64,000 nucleotides of DNA, taken from the NCBI GenBank assembly GCA_964016885.1, contig OZ024741.1, forward strand, positions 385,454,001-385,518,000, written 5' to 3'. Both the position numbers and the translations under genes were made by a program. The first letter of the stretch is position 1. Every line of letters starts with the position of its first letter. This document shows positions 49,521 through 63,370 of the stretch, piece by piece. The DNA comes from Eledone cirrhosa. Its lineage: Eukaryota. The notes beneath the pieces were generated by a model. That model was not told the origin of the DNA. It did not search any database and saw only the letters and a list, made by a program, of their open reading frames with translations.

Positions 49521-52500
49521 AATGAAAATGTACTGAAACAACGTATGTGGTCAACTGATGAGATGGGACTGTCTGTATTCAATCATTTTCCTGTCTTTGC
49601 CCACATTTTTTATTTACACCTGAATATATCTATGTTTATATTGCAATAGATATATAAAATTACTCTATGCAGGCATGGCTGCATGTGTGAAGCTGCATAG
49701 CATAAGAGCTAGGATGCTTAACGTTTGATCGTAATGTCATAGGTTCGATTCCTAGACTGGGTTGTGTGTTATTTCCAGTATACTCAGCTGGGAGTGCATA
49801 CCAGCAGTAGCTGGGGAGTTAAACCTACAATAGACCAGCGTCCTATCCAGGGAGAGTCTTATACTCTTAGTCTCTTAATGCCAAGAAAACCAGAGATAAG
49901 CACCGGCCTGATGAGCCTTCAGCTTAGAACAGAGATAGCTGTGTGGTTAAGAAGTTCACTTCACAACCATATGGTTCTGAGTTCAGTCCTGCTGCACTAC
50001 ACATTGGGCAAATATCTTCTTCAATACCTTGTGAGTGGAATTTGGTAGACAGAAACTGCTGAAGTCTGTCCTGTATATATATATATATGTGTGTGTGTGT
50101 TCATGTCTGTGTATATATTTGTGTCTTATCATTATGTCCCATAATGCAGCAGTTCAACAAAAAAGAAATTGATAAAATAAATACCAAACTGGAAAAAATA
50201 ATTACTGGGTTGATGTGATTGACTAAAGCAAGGTGTTGTCCCAGCAAGGCTGCAGTCTAATGATTGAAACTAGTAAAAGAATGTCAGAATATATGCATGT
50301 ATGTATGTATTTGTATGAATGCATGCTTACATACATATAGATTGTGCATGCACATAATAACACACACACTCATATGTGTATGTGTATATGTACTTGTGTA
50401 TGCATGTGTGTGTGTACATATGTCTGTGTGTGTATGTGTGTCTTTCTGTCTGTATGTGTATATCTGTGTGCAATGTGTCCAAATCTTTTCATACCCAGAT
50501 GTCTCCAAAATGAAACTCTTGCCAAGCTGGCCTCACACTCTTGACCCACTCTGTCTCCTCACCCACCATAAAGCTTCACCTTAAGATAATAAATAAATTA
50601 ATAAACAGCAGTATAGCCCATGTCAATTTTATAGTATCCTTAATTTTGTACATATTATGTATGTATTGCAAGATCTTTCCTTCAGCATTATTTATTTTGG
50701 TGTTAGGAAAGGCATCCAGCTGTAGAAACTAAGCCAAAATACAGATCCATATGAGTAAGACATGGTCACCTGATCTGACTTGCCTCATAATGTGACAACC
50801 CTTCTAATCCATGCAAACATGGTAAATGGACGTTAGTCATTGATGATGATGATGATGATAATGTGACCACCATCTGCACTCTACACATTAGATATAATCT
50901 AACAATAAATTTCAATAGATATAAAGTGGTATGCTATCAATGCAATAGCAGTCAATATCTAAACCTGAAAGCTCCTGTGTGCAGCTGTAACACAAATTCA
51001 AATATGATCAACTGCACAAAGCTGTATTGTACTGATTCCTGTCAGCTGGACATGTTTGTCCATAATAATGTTTTGGGTTTCATTTGAATCAATATAAACC
51101 ATTAGGTAGAGAGCCACTTTGCTTGCAGAGCATGTTAATTAGTTCTGGTGAATAAGCCACATTAATATACCTGTTGTCCACCTATGGGGAGATTGGCATC
51201 TTATCCTGGAGGAAAATTCTCACTTCCTTCCACTCCAATCCAGTCCACGGTCTTCTCACTCCTGTTGGAGGAACCCCTCCCTGGTTTTGGTCATGTCTTC
51301 AGGGATGTAGCTGTACTCTCCATGCTTGGCCAATTGCTAGTTGGTGAGGCTATTTAACCCCAAGTTAGGGTGGATGGCCATTGTCTGAGGAAATGCTACA
51401 AAAATCAGTGTTAATTACTGACTTATCCAATCACTCTTCTAACTAACATTTGCTGTGTATTTGTGGTGGTGGTGATAGTGACATAATTATTTATGTTATT
51501 CTTTTGTATACTAGAGTTTTTATTGATTGTACCGCGTGCTTAATCGAAATCTTTACATATGTTACAGCTCACACCTGTGTAAGTTTACCTGGCCTCCTAC
51601 AAGGTTGCATCTTATAGTAAGTTTCTTGGGTATTTTACTTATCTATATATATATTAATTATACAGAGAAGGGACAGCACCCATAATTTTTCTATGATCTC
51701 ACAGATTGGTGAGACCAATGTCATTGATGAACTTCTGGAGAGGAAAAAAAACTTGAGTGAATAAGGAGTTTCAAAGATATGCAGTTATTGGAAGGAATAT
51801 ATTTAGATGTTGAATATTGAGTAAAGATAAACACAGTAAAGATTAAAAATTGACCTATAAGGTGGATATAGTATGCAGTTTTATAGTTTAAAGGAGCAAA
51901 TTCCATTTTAGTAACAACAGTAGAGACTGAGAGAAGAAACCTACCTGTAAATTAATGGTTGTAATATGTTGATGAATGAGTCTTTGCTAATCAGTTACAG
52001 TGGTTTGAAAACATATAGTCAATGGAGTCGGGTGACTTCCTATAGTTGGTGTATGAGGTATTATTCTCATACTGCTAGAAGTGGACCATGACTCCATAAC
52101 ATGTTATGGGCTTTGGTTGTATGAGGTATGTGAAGGGACGCTTATTTCTTGGGTGATAGTATCAGAAGACACTTATTTAGCTTAGTAAGCTATGGGTCAG
52201 AAGATTGTTATATTTGGTCAATATAGAGCTGATGGCACTTCCACCAGTTAGCTGGGTCAGAGGTTGTTGTGAAGTAGGAAGATATGATGTCTGGTTGACC
52301 ATTGCCTTGTTTAGGCAACAATCTGTTAAGTAAAGGTTCGGTTCGGAAGGGAGAAAGAGAGCAATAATTGGGTAAAGGTTGGGTTTGGAAGAAAGAGTAG
52401 AGTAAAAAATAGTTGGAGTGTCTGTTTACAACTGCAACTAGGTGATGGTACTAACTGGTGCAAATAGTTCAGAATAGCAAACAATTTAGTTCAGAGAGCC

Positions 52501-55500
52501 AAAAGAATTTGAGTGTATGGAAATCACTAAGAGTAATGACTTCAGAGAGAGATCAATATTTTCAATGCAGAACATCAGGTGATTCATCAATTATTGCTGG
52601 TCAGTGAAAGCTTGTGGCTTAGTGGTTAGGGTATTCAGCTCATGATTGTAAGGTTATGAGTTCAATTCCTACTGGCATGTTGTGTCCTTCAGCAAAAGAC
52701 ATTATTTTATATTGTTTCAGTTTACTCAGCTCACAAAAATGAGTTGTATTTGTAATTCAAAGGGCCAGTTTCATCACACCCTGTGTTATGTTGAATCTCC
52801 TTGAAAACTACGTTAAGGATACATGTGTTTGTGGAATGCTCAGCCACTTGCACATTAATTTTAGAAGCATGCTAATCTGTTGATTAGAACTGGAACACTC
52901 ATCGGCAGAACCCAGCATTTTAAGGTCATTTTTTTCCTGCTTAAGGAAAGGTTAGCCTTGTACCCCACACCACCACCAGTTCTTGCCCTCATGACAGACT
53001 TCATATTGACCATAGAGTCCTTTTTGAGGCAATGTTTAACAGCTGATGCCCTTTCTGATGACAACTCTTTTAGTTGCCCCTTAGAATAGCCTAATGGTAA
53101 GTGTGTTGGACTTACGATTATAATGTCATGGGTTTGATCCTGGACTGGGTTGTGTGTTGTGTCTTGAGCAAAACACTTTATTTACTGTTGCTCCAGTATA
53201 CTCAGCTGAAAATGAGTACCAGCAATAGCTGGGAATTTAACCCTGCAATGGACTGGCATCCTGTCCAGTGGGGAGTCATGTACTCTCAGTCACTTAATAC
53301 CACAAACTGGGATGGACCTCCAGGCTTGAGACAGACTTTAGACTTTTAAACTAGATACACATAGCAAAAAGAAAATGCGCAATGAACCATGCGAATTTGT
53401 TACAACTGCTGCAATGTTCATTTGATAAATAACATTTTATTGCAGCAAACCAGGATAGAGATGAGATGGTAAAAATACTAAAGATAAGATCAAGTTTCTC
53501 TAGTCCATCACAGCAAACCAGTCACTGGTGTCAGCTAAAATTTGAAATGACCAAGCAACAGCAGATTAAACACATCACAACAGGAATTAGGTCAAAATAT
53601 TAAAAATCAGCAAAACAAAACATAATTAGTCATATGACGGATAAAGAAGGATTCTTTTTATAATCACTGGACCTGCTAAAAATAGCTTAATTTCCTCAAA
53701 TCACACTCCACTGTATTAAGCAATGCTTTACAGTAATATGCCTCATCTAGTGCCAACTCTTTTAGTTCCTTCATACAGCATGCAGGAATATAGTGTACAT
53801 ATTCTAAACTGGATACACAGAGAATTGATGAAAGACATATTCTTTCTCTTACCCACCCTGTAACTCCTGAGATAGTCGTAGGGGTACCATATTAATATAT
53901 GATGTTTCTAGAGCATTTTAAAACCTGGCAAAGCCCATCGCCTCTTCAGGTCTGAATACAGCAGACTTTTTTCCAGAGAAGGATATAGAGTGAGAAAATG
54001 GAAGTGAGAAAGAGATGTAGAGGAAGAATTGGCTCCAGTACTTGACTGGTACTTTTTGTATGAACCTCAAAAGGATGAAAGGCAAAGTTGACTTTGGTGG
54101 GATTTAAACTCAGAGAGCAGAGAACCAAAACAAATACCGCAAAGCGTTCTATCCAATGTTCTAACAATTCTGCCAATTTGCTGCCTTGAAAGGCCTATAT
54201 CTTTACAATTAATAAATTGTATGGTTTTCATATTAGTCAATTCAAATGTGTGTGTGGGGAGGGGGAGTTAATTTGGGTCTTCTTGTTTGTTATTTTAAGA
54301 CTGTGATTGGTTTTGGGGTGCTAGTGGAAGAAGAAACCACTGATGACTACATTATCTTCTGTAAGACAGTTGGAAGATTTGAGTGGGCATTTTGAAATGT
54401 TGTGCTTACATGGGGAGAGCGCCAGTTGGAAGCTGGAGTAGGCACTAGAGGTTTATGTGTCAGTTGATAAAACAGCATCTAATGACATTACTCATAGTGG
54501 AATTGATCAACAAGATCCCAGAGCTCATTTGCTTACCAAGTGGGGTGGAACTCGTCAAATCAGACCAAGGAAACAATGTTTCCATTGGTCTTTCCATTGC
54601 TGATCTACCGTCACAACTTCTGGCAGAAAGAACATGAAATAAAGTGTCTTGCTCAAGGACACAACACATCACTCGATCTGGAAATCGAACTTGCAACCTT
54701 AGGATTGTGAATCCACTGATCCACACACCTACATAATTACACATAGAATCAGGCAATATCCTGTACTAGATTTTACACTGGCATTGTGTAACAATTTATA
54801 CAAGGAAATGTGGAGCTGGAAACATTCTGTCAAGAGTCACACCCCCTCAAACTAGAGGTGCTCTGAATGTTTTTTTTTTTTTAGAAAGTGAATAATTCTA
54901 CTAAAGAAACCAAAGTCAAATGACCAGATCAGCCCTATTGATATCAAACTATTAGAAATGTGGTAATGAAAAGGTTAAGCCAAGGGACATGTTGAGCTTA
55001 CTACCCAGAAATTTTTTTTAATGTTCTGTGGTACTGGCATGAGAAATTGTTTTACAAGTCCTGATTATATCAAATGAATGAAACAGTTCTAGTTCTGTAG
55101 AAGTCATTTCTAGATGAAATAAATATGTACCTTCTCTACTAATGTATGGAGTAACTCATTTACCTGTGGTTCTCTTCTGTTCTTCTTTGGAAAACCATTC
55201 TTAATTTTAAATAAATGTATAAATGTCAATGCAGACTCGTCCAACCCTTGCTAGTAAGGAAAATTGACATTAAATGAGGATGAAGACTCCTAGCCCCAGC
55301 TTCCTATGTAATTGTCGCTTATATTTCAATTAGACCAAGCTCCCTGACAAGCTGCTTTGTCTTTCTTAGGACAATCATATTCAAACTGTTATTCTGGTCC
55401 AAATACTTTCAGTAGACCAACCTCTGGGAAAGGCATTCAAAGTTGTTAATCTAAGCTGTATGTTGGGTCTGCTTTCTTGTCAAAATAGACTACAGGGTTT

Positions 55501-57262
55501 TTAAATCCCAGTGCTTGTGATATTGTCTTACATGACGCAAAACCCGTTTCACCCCATATGTTTTGGAGTGACCAAGTTTTTATAATGGACTATTTTTATT
55601 GAGGCTGTATATAGTATATGTTTCTTAAGGTGGCTTCCTAATAGATTGCAGGTTTGTAAGACTAGAGAAAAAATTATGAGTGGAGAGGGGAAGAGTAGAA
55701 ATAAAAAAAAAAATAAAGAGCCGGAACGAGGAAAGAGAGGTGATGAGAAGGAAACAGGAAGTATAATTAATTGAACAGAGAATGTTTTGAGGGAGAGGGG
55801 CAGTAAATTTGTTAATGAAAAAGAAAAATGTGAAGGTGTAATATCTAAAAAGAAACTGTGATCAAGGTTGTGATTAAAGCATTGTAAGGTAAGGTGAGGG
55901 CGAGGCAGGAAAGGAGTAAAGAATACAAATTAGTTGTTACTTGTAAAAACTGTCACATTTAGTTACCCCATAAATGTTTAAATAAAATAAAAAACTAAAT
56001 TATTACAATTTAATTTTCAATTGTCTTGATTTTTATTAACTTTACAGGGGGAGTGAGTTGTGCTAATGAAAGGGCGTGAGAAACTGCCCTACATGGTCAC
56101 TTGGCCTGCTGGAAGTAACAACCAAATTCCCTCAAATCACCTCATACTGTCTTAGAAAAAGATACATTAGATATTGTAATCCTGGGTTTCCTACACAGTG
56201 AAAAGACCAGATGGTCACAGGTGGAATGTCTTTGTTGTTGGTTTCCTTGATCAGGGTTAACCTGGGATTAAACAACTTAGTAAAAAGAAGACTTGTAGCA
56301 CTTTAGTAGAATCCTTGCTAGTTTACTATGTATTAGTAACTGTTGCATGCTTCCATAAGAATGTACTACAATACGTCATGGCATGGTATATACTGACATG
56401 TTTCAGGTTTCTAGAGTATGTTGTTTCCATTCCTTTACACACACACACACACGCGTGTACACCCCTCCACACATCTGTTTTGTGATATAGAACATGTACA
56501 CACAAACCCCACGCAGCTCGTACACACAACCACAGTACAACATACATATACATGTACACACAAACAACAACACAACAACATACACACACAGCACGTACAC
56601 ACAACCACACATCTGTTTCATAATCTACATCCCTTCTCCTCCTTGTCTTAAATGTCAAAATAGAAGTAATAACACTAGAACACGGAGGTCTGTGATGTTT
56701 GAAACTTAGTTGAAATAATACGTGATACACTAATGTACTATTGTCTCTGGAAACTGTTTGGAGTTACCAGCCCTTGAAAAAGGTTATGCTATGTCGTCGT
56801 CATCATCATCCTCATTCTCTTTTCAACTCCCCCCATCTTCACCACAACATCAATAACAATCTTATCACCTACGGCAGGAGTTGACATCCACTGGCCTATA
56901 GACAAACTTCGTTGAATATACGATGACACACAAAAAAATGTTTATCCTTAAGAATTCTCGGTTAGCAAATAATAAAATTCGGTATCGATAAAATTTCATT
57001 TTTTGCAGCAGCCTCAAATGAATCATGAACTAATATCCACATTAATATTATAAATAAATCTCTTCACTTCAGAAAAAAATGTAAGTTTGCCCAAGTGTGT
57101 TCATTACCATATTTCTAATCAAATATATCATCATTATCATCATCATCATCGTTTATGTGTCTGCTTTTCCACGCTTGCATAGGTTTGACAGGTCCTTCTC
57201 AGCACGGCATTTCTCCACTCACTGTTCCTTCGTCATCTCTATTTCAAATAATTAATGAGATT

Positions 57263-57641
57263 TTAACCCTTTCGTTACCATATTTCTAATGAAATACACT
57301 CTATTTCAATTAATTAATGAACATTTTAGAGGGATTTTCTGAATAGTTACGTCCCTTTACGATCTGAGTTCAAATCCCGCCGAGGTTAACTTTGCCTTTC
57401 ATCCTTACGGGGTCGATAAAATAAAGTACCAGTAATGCACTGGGTAATTGCTGGCCTTGTGCCTAAAGTAGAAACAATTATTAACTATTCTATTATTGAG
57501 ATAGTATTTGAATATAACCTAGCAAAAGGCTTTTATATCAAATTGATGGAAGAGTTTAATTAAATATAAATACTTTAACGTGGATGGTTTTGTTTCATAG
57601 AAAGAAAGGCTGTTTTGAGTGGCTTTGTATCAAAAGGGTAA
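57263..57641. mobile_element. piggyBac-type MITE with inserted family-B SINE (57345-57482)
   Basis: TTAA|CCCTTTCGTTACCA ... TATCAAAAGGGTAA. Confidence 0.65.
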
Positions 57642-57899
57642 GTAGTAAATGTAATCACTTGCTAAAATGAATGGAACAATAGAGTTAACATGAATCATCA
57701 ATTCTAAGAAAGGAGGGACAGGCAAAAAAATCTTTGCTGGTTGGTTAGGTAAAGCAGGTAAACTGGCCGGTAATCACATTTAATCCCTTTCCCATGCCAG
57801 AAACAATCCTAAACAAAACATGTTTTAACTTTTCACTGCATACTGTGTCATAAAGGGTACATGTTGATTTTTAGTTATATCTCTTATTAGAATATATAA

Positions 57900-58175
57900 C
57901 TTCTCTTCTTCACCCAATTATTCCTGAGAGGGTCGTGGAGGCAGTCGTCAAACACTCCTTCCAGCAGGTCCTGTCAGAAGCAATCATCTCTAATTGATCT
58001 GGCTGGATCCCCAAGTAAGACCAGCTGAACTCATGGATGTTATCCAACCATCTTGCTCAGAGTCTACCCTTGGGTCTCCTGTCGGTTGGCTTTGCCTGTA
58101 CAATCTATCCAGCGATTCTTTCCTGAGACATTCTGATCCCATTCCCATAATATCGGATCTGTGATCTCACAATAT
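57900..58175 (-). mobile_element. RTE-clade LINE 3' fragment (family A)
   Basis: Colinear similarity to 5963-6240. Confidence 0.8.
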
Positions 58176-59922
58176 GCGACTGATTTGGTTTTTCGTATAT
58201 TTAATCTGTATTTCCCTACGTTTGTAAGAACATCTGCTGTTTAACTCAATATTTTACATCGATGACACCACAAATTTATCCAAACTGATATCAAACTGAC
58301 ACAATGTTCACTTAGTGACTTTAGATATTGTGATTAAAACATTTGTCTTCAATGACTTTAGATAACACTAATTGTGGCAGTTATTTATTTCCCCCCTATC
58401 ATGCTGTTTTCATAATGTTGTTATAACTCTACTATTCTAATTTGTTCATATGCATTATTCTCTGTTGAATTTCTGAACCTGCTGTGGCTTAAGCAAAAGA
58501 AATATTTTTATTAACGTATTAAATGATTTTATGGTATTCAGATATGCTTGCTCCTTTTGTTTTTCATTATATCACCGATGAAAAAACATTAAATTAGCTG
58601 TTTTCAGAACCTTCATCAATGGTTTAATTTTTTTTATTTATTCATTTGGCCCACATGACAAAAACATTTCCTACCCAGCCCATCTCCAAAAGTTGTTTGC
58701 CAACCCCTAGTGTAAAGCATCAGATGTGGGCTTTCACCTGCTGTGTCAACTCCCTCCCTAGTTCATCTGGTTAGCTACTAACTGGAAATCTTATACAAAA
58801 ATGTTTTTGCTTTAAATCCTTTTGATACCAAACTACCTGAATCCATAATAGGTGCTACAACATAAAAACCGTTTTAACATATATTTATTTAAAGCCCTTA
58901 CGTAATTAGTTTATGTAAAAACCTTTATGTTCCAAACAGCAGCTCAATCCTGAGAAAGTTGTATTAGTAAATCCCTTCGAATTCTTGATTATTTTTTAAA
59001 ACCATAGGTAGTGTATCTCCTGAAATATGGTAATGGAATGGTTAAAACTATTTCAGTAATTGTTTTATCTTTAGAATTGGTTCTACAAACTATCAGACAT
59101 CTGTTGACTAATATAACCTCCTCATCACTTCCCTCAAATGCACTCATATATTTTCTTAATGGTCAGTCTTCCTCATCAGGAAGTAATATCTTATGTTTTA
59201 TGATAATTATTTCCTTTAACTGTAAATAAAGAGGTGGTGGCGGTAGTGGCGCTTGTGGTCGTCTTAGTGTAGTATTGGTGGTAGTGATAGTGATATTTGT
59301 CGTTGTTAACATTAGATTAACCCTGATTGAACAAACCTGACTCTGTACTTTTTACTTAAAGAAATCAGTTGACAAGATCCCACACCTCATTCGCATACCA
59401 TCAGATCAAACCAAGGAAACAATGTTTCCATTGGTCTTTCCGTTTCTGATACTATCACCTGGTCGCAACTCTTAGCAGAAGGAGCAACGTGAAATAAAGT
59501 GTCTTGCTCCAGGACATAACGCATCGCCCGATCCAGGAATCGAACTTGCAACCTCACAATTCTCTAACCACTCATCCATGTATTCAAAACTACACTACTT
59601 AATGTCTATCCCACTTTTTAAAAATTGTTGAGTGTGATTTGTTTGAGACTTGGCTGCTATTTCTACGAGGTTAAATGACTACTTAGAGGTAATCCCATTG
59701 GTTTCGGTTGGTTTTATTAAATGTTGATGGCAGTGATCAGAGCCTATCAGGAGGAAGGTTCAGGTGGTACATCTGTCCAAGGAGCCCCCCTTTCCCTTGT
59801 ATATACATGACACCCCTTGCTCCATTGAATTTTGAGATGAGCTTCCCCAGTTGGGGTAGGGGCAGTATTGTTTCACTTTAGAAAATTACTCTTGGCTTTC
59901 CTGGCAGTGATGGACATGTTGT

Positions 59923-60253
59923 TTAACCCTTTAGCATTGAAACCGGCTGTATCCAGCCAGAATTCTCTCACCTCTTTCTGTTCAAACTGGCTTTAACCGG
60001 CCACCCATACTGATGTTAGGGTATTGTTCTCAAAATAAATAATTGCTTCTACTTTTGGCACAAGGCCAGCAATTATCCCAGTGCATTACGGGTACTTTAT
60101 TTTATCAACCCCGTAAGGATGAAAGGCAAAGTTCTCAAAATAAATATCAAAATCTCATACATTCGCTATTATGTGAGATAATTATGTGAAATAAAGTGTT
60201 TATTGTGAAAATACAATAGTAAATATAAAGTAATGTAAATGCTAAAGGGTTAA
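59923..60253. mobile_element. Second piggyBac-type MITE family, with a nested truncated SINE (60042-60130)
   Basis: TTAA|CCCTTTAGCATT ... AATGCTAAAGGG|TTAA. The SINE is flanked by the 16-bp TSD GTTCTCAAAATAAATA (60026-41 and 60131-46). Confidence 0.8.
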
Positions 60254-61140
60254 CACAGTCAGCTCTGATTGAAAACACTGCATGATCAAAGGTGGTCCAA
60301 ACATGATCATCATGTCTTTTTTAAGATAGTCAGGTGGTATTGTAAGGGAGATTTGGCTGTTGTTTCTAGCAGACTGAAATACCACATAGCAACCCTTTCA
60401 TTTGTTTGTGTGGTGGTGGTTGTGTGTGTGTATGTGGTGGATGGGTGTGTATGTGTGGTGGTAGTGTTAACATTTATAATAGTGGTGGGTGTGGTTGTGT
60501 GTATGTGGTGGTAGCATTAACATTTATAATAGTGGTGGGCAGTGCAGTAGCATTGAAGTAGTTATTTTATCAGAGATGTTACTCAATGTTGACAATTGTT
60601 TGATACTTTATCAGTTTGTCTATATATAGACATTTAAACTTCTCAGTCCTGGAGTGGTTAGAAATGGTAGTTAGTGTGTCATTAAATATTTCACAGCAAT
60701 TAGTTCTGACAGAAGTTATGACCAGTAGATACTATCACCAATGGAAACACTGTTTCCTTGGTCAGATCTGATAAGTTTCACCCCACTCAGTACGTGAATG
60801 AGGTCTGGGATTTTGTCGATTGATTCAATCAATCGAATTAGTAGTGTAGAAAACATAAATTTGGCCAAAATAAAGAGATGTATAACACATAAGATACTTT
60901 TATTTAATGCCTATCAGTGTTTCTGTTCCTCTAGTGTTGAACTCAAATCCCCACCTGAGTTAATCTTGCCTTTCATGTCTCTATTTAGTGGGTTTTCATA
61001 ATTTTTGGCAGGGTTTTTCTGGCTGACCACACTTCCTATTACCAACCATTTTAGAGTATGGACTGAGTGTATTTGATTGCGCCACAAGTGATTGTATGAC
61101 AGGACTGAAGAGTTCTCTCTACCCTGTGTCAGTTTTAATT

Positions 61141-61520
61141 CAGAGTAACTGTTTTCTTAGATGGGTTATCTTTCCAAAGACTTGCAGAGCCAATGTTTAC
61201 CCCATACAGTTCTATTTATTCGGTTTTACTTTTCTCCTATATGGGCTGCCTTCTGCGCAACTTACAAAGCCCACATCTACTTCATACAGTCTTATATATT
61301 TGAAGTGACTGCTCTCCTAGACAAACTGCCTCCTCCACAGCTTGTGGAGCTTACATCTACCTTGTGCAGTCATATATATTCGAAGTGGTTGTTCTCCTAG
61401 ATAGGTTGCCTTCTCCATGGCTTGCAGAACCCACATCTACCTCATACAGTCTTATATATTCAGAGTAACTACTCTCCTAGTTAAGCTGCCTCCTGCATGG
61501 CTTACAGAGCCCTCTGAGAT
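61141..61520. repeat. Diverged 80-bp tandem array, ~4.7 copies plus partial units to ~61615
   Basis: Units start at 61141, 61221, 61301, 61381 and 61461, sharing CTCCTAG..CTGCC..CTT(A/G)CAGAGCCCACATCTAC..CAGTCTTATATATT. Confidence 0.85.
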
Positions 61521-62344
61521 GCTGACTTTTATCTGTGGCTTATGGAGCCCATATCTGCCCTCCCCCATCCCAAAAGTAAGGTTGACTTCCCTGCAGCTTA
61601 CAGAGCCCACATCTGTTCTACTTGTTGATAAAATATAAGCTAGTCATGTATTGGAGATCACTATACTACACAGCTTCTCCTCAATTTATTATAACTTTGT
61701 GTCAGTTTCAGAAATCATTGTTTTATTTTTCCCCACCAAGGCTAATAAAATAAGTTCTAATTATTAACTATACAAACTGAACCAGTGGAGGCACATGGCC
61801 TAGTTGTTAGTGTTGGACTTATGATCATAATGTTGTGGGTTTGATTCCTGGACCAATTTGTGTATTGTGTTCTTCATCAAAACACTTCATTTCATGTTGC
61901 TCTAGTATACTCAGCTGAAATACTTTCTGTCCAAGGGGGAGTCTTGTATTCTGAATCACTGGGATAAGCACCAGCTTGATGAGCCTCTGGGCTCAAGACA
62001 GACTTTAGACTTTTTTTAAAACCCAACCACCTCCATTACCACCATCATTATCATCACAGTGTTGATGTGACTTTTATAAGTATGTTCCCTATCAGGTCAC
62101 AGCCTGTGATCTAGAAGAGTAATTATTCTTGTTTTTTCTCCTATTAAGGTCTTTATATATTTATTTTGTGTCAAGGACATTCCCAATAATTCTTGCTGAT
62201 CTAATTAAACAATTATTTTGTACCTCATCCATTCCTAGATTCAGGTCAAGCTTTCGGAAGTTTACATTAACATTCTTTGTCATGGGTCCTAAGCCTTCAG
62301 TGACAATTGCAAGATCATGAACTTATCAATTAGTATTGTTGTTA

Positions 62345-62890
62345 TACATGCTTCGTGGAATCGGGTTACAGCCCTTTGTGTTCTGAGTTCAAATCACCCC
62401 ATGGTTAGCTTTGCCTTTCATCCTTTCGGGGTTGATTAAAGTACCAGTAACACACTGGGGCCTATATAATCAACTTTCCTCTCCCCTCAAATTGTTGTAC
62501 CTAATATTGGTAGAGCGTCAGACACTATGCTTTACAGCACAAAGTTATGGCCCTTTACGTCTGCATTCAAATCCAGCCGAGGTTAGCTTTGCCTTTCATC
62601 CTTACAGGGTCGATAAAATAAAGCACCAGTAACATACTGGGGTAATTGCTGGCCTTGTGTGAAAAGTAGAAACATTATTATTATCATTCAAAGGCGGTGG
62701 ATTGGCAGTATCGGTAGAGGGTCGGACGCCATGCTTTGACGCAAAGAGTTATGGCTTTTCCATTCTGAGTTCAAATTGCACCGAGGTTAACTTTGCCTTT
62801 CATCCTTACGGGCTCGATAAAATAAAGTACCAGTAATACACTGGGTAATTGCTGGCCTTGTGCCAAAAGTAGAAACAATTATTATTATCA
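62345..62890 (+). mobile_element. Head-to-tail array of three family-B SINEs
   Basis: Three successive TTCAAAT..AACTTTGCCTTTCATCC..ACCAGTAA..CTGGG units. Confidence 0.8.
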
Positions 62891-63149
62891 TCCAAAGTTG
62901 ATCTAAGAACTATATAACCCCATATAAGGATGAAAAGTGGTCAACAAATAATATCAAGATCAACTTTGCCTTTTATCCTTCTGAGATCAAATAAGAGTTG
63001 TGGATTGACAGAATCGGTAGAACGTCCTAATAAATACCTTCCAGTATTTATTACACCTCACTTAGGTTTTGTGTTTATATGATAAAAACATTATTATTAA
63101 TAGTAACAGCATTGATGGTGGTGGTAGTCTAGAGTGGCAGAGAGGTGCC

Positions 63150-63370
63150 TTTTGCAGTTCTAGTCTTTTGGGGAGCTGGGCCACTGACTGCGAAGTTCTT
63201 GTCATCGTTAGCGGCTTGCCTTTCCGAGATGTCAGGTGATGCCAGTAAAGGTGCCTGGTTGTTTCAACGCCTTAGCCTTGCAATCACCCACGGTAATGCT
63301 ATGAACATGTTGGCTTGACTCAAAAAGTATTAGAGGGAGGTTGCAATACCCCTTGTGGTGTGTGACGTAC
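63150..63370 (+). mobile_element. CRE-like element 3' fragment
   Basis: AVLVFWGAGPLTAKFLSSLAACLSEMSGDASKGAWLFQRLSLAITHGNAMNMLA*LKKY*, homologous to 7040-7210. Confidence 0.78.

Noticed and set aside
54560-54600. Hairpin ACCAAGGAAAC-AAT-GTTTCCATTGGT (also ~42280, 59410, 60740) as an ncRNA or ribozyme
   Set aside because: It is a recurrent part of a SINE subfamily body and lacks a complete catalytic core.
55370-55457. AG...GTATGT-bounded open segment (DNHIQTVILVQ..) as an exon of the second gene
   Set aside because: It overlaps a degenerate dispersed repeat (cf. 44615-44660, 56215-56275) and shows no protein similarity.
46213-57080. Other short exon candidates (46213-46257, 47887-47938, 53445-53467 region, 57073-57080, 49136-49174 minus)
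   Set aside because: Splice sites are weak or isolated, the peptides are unrecognisable, and they form no consistent phase chain.
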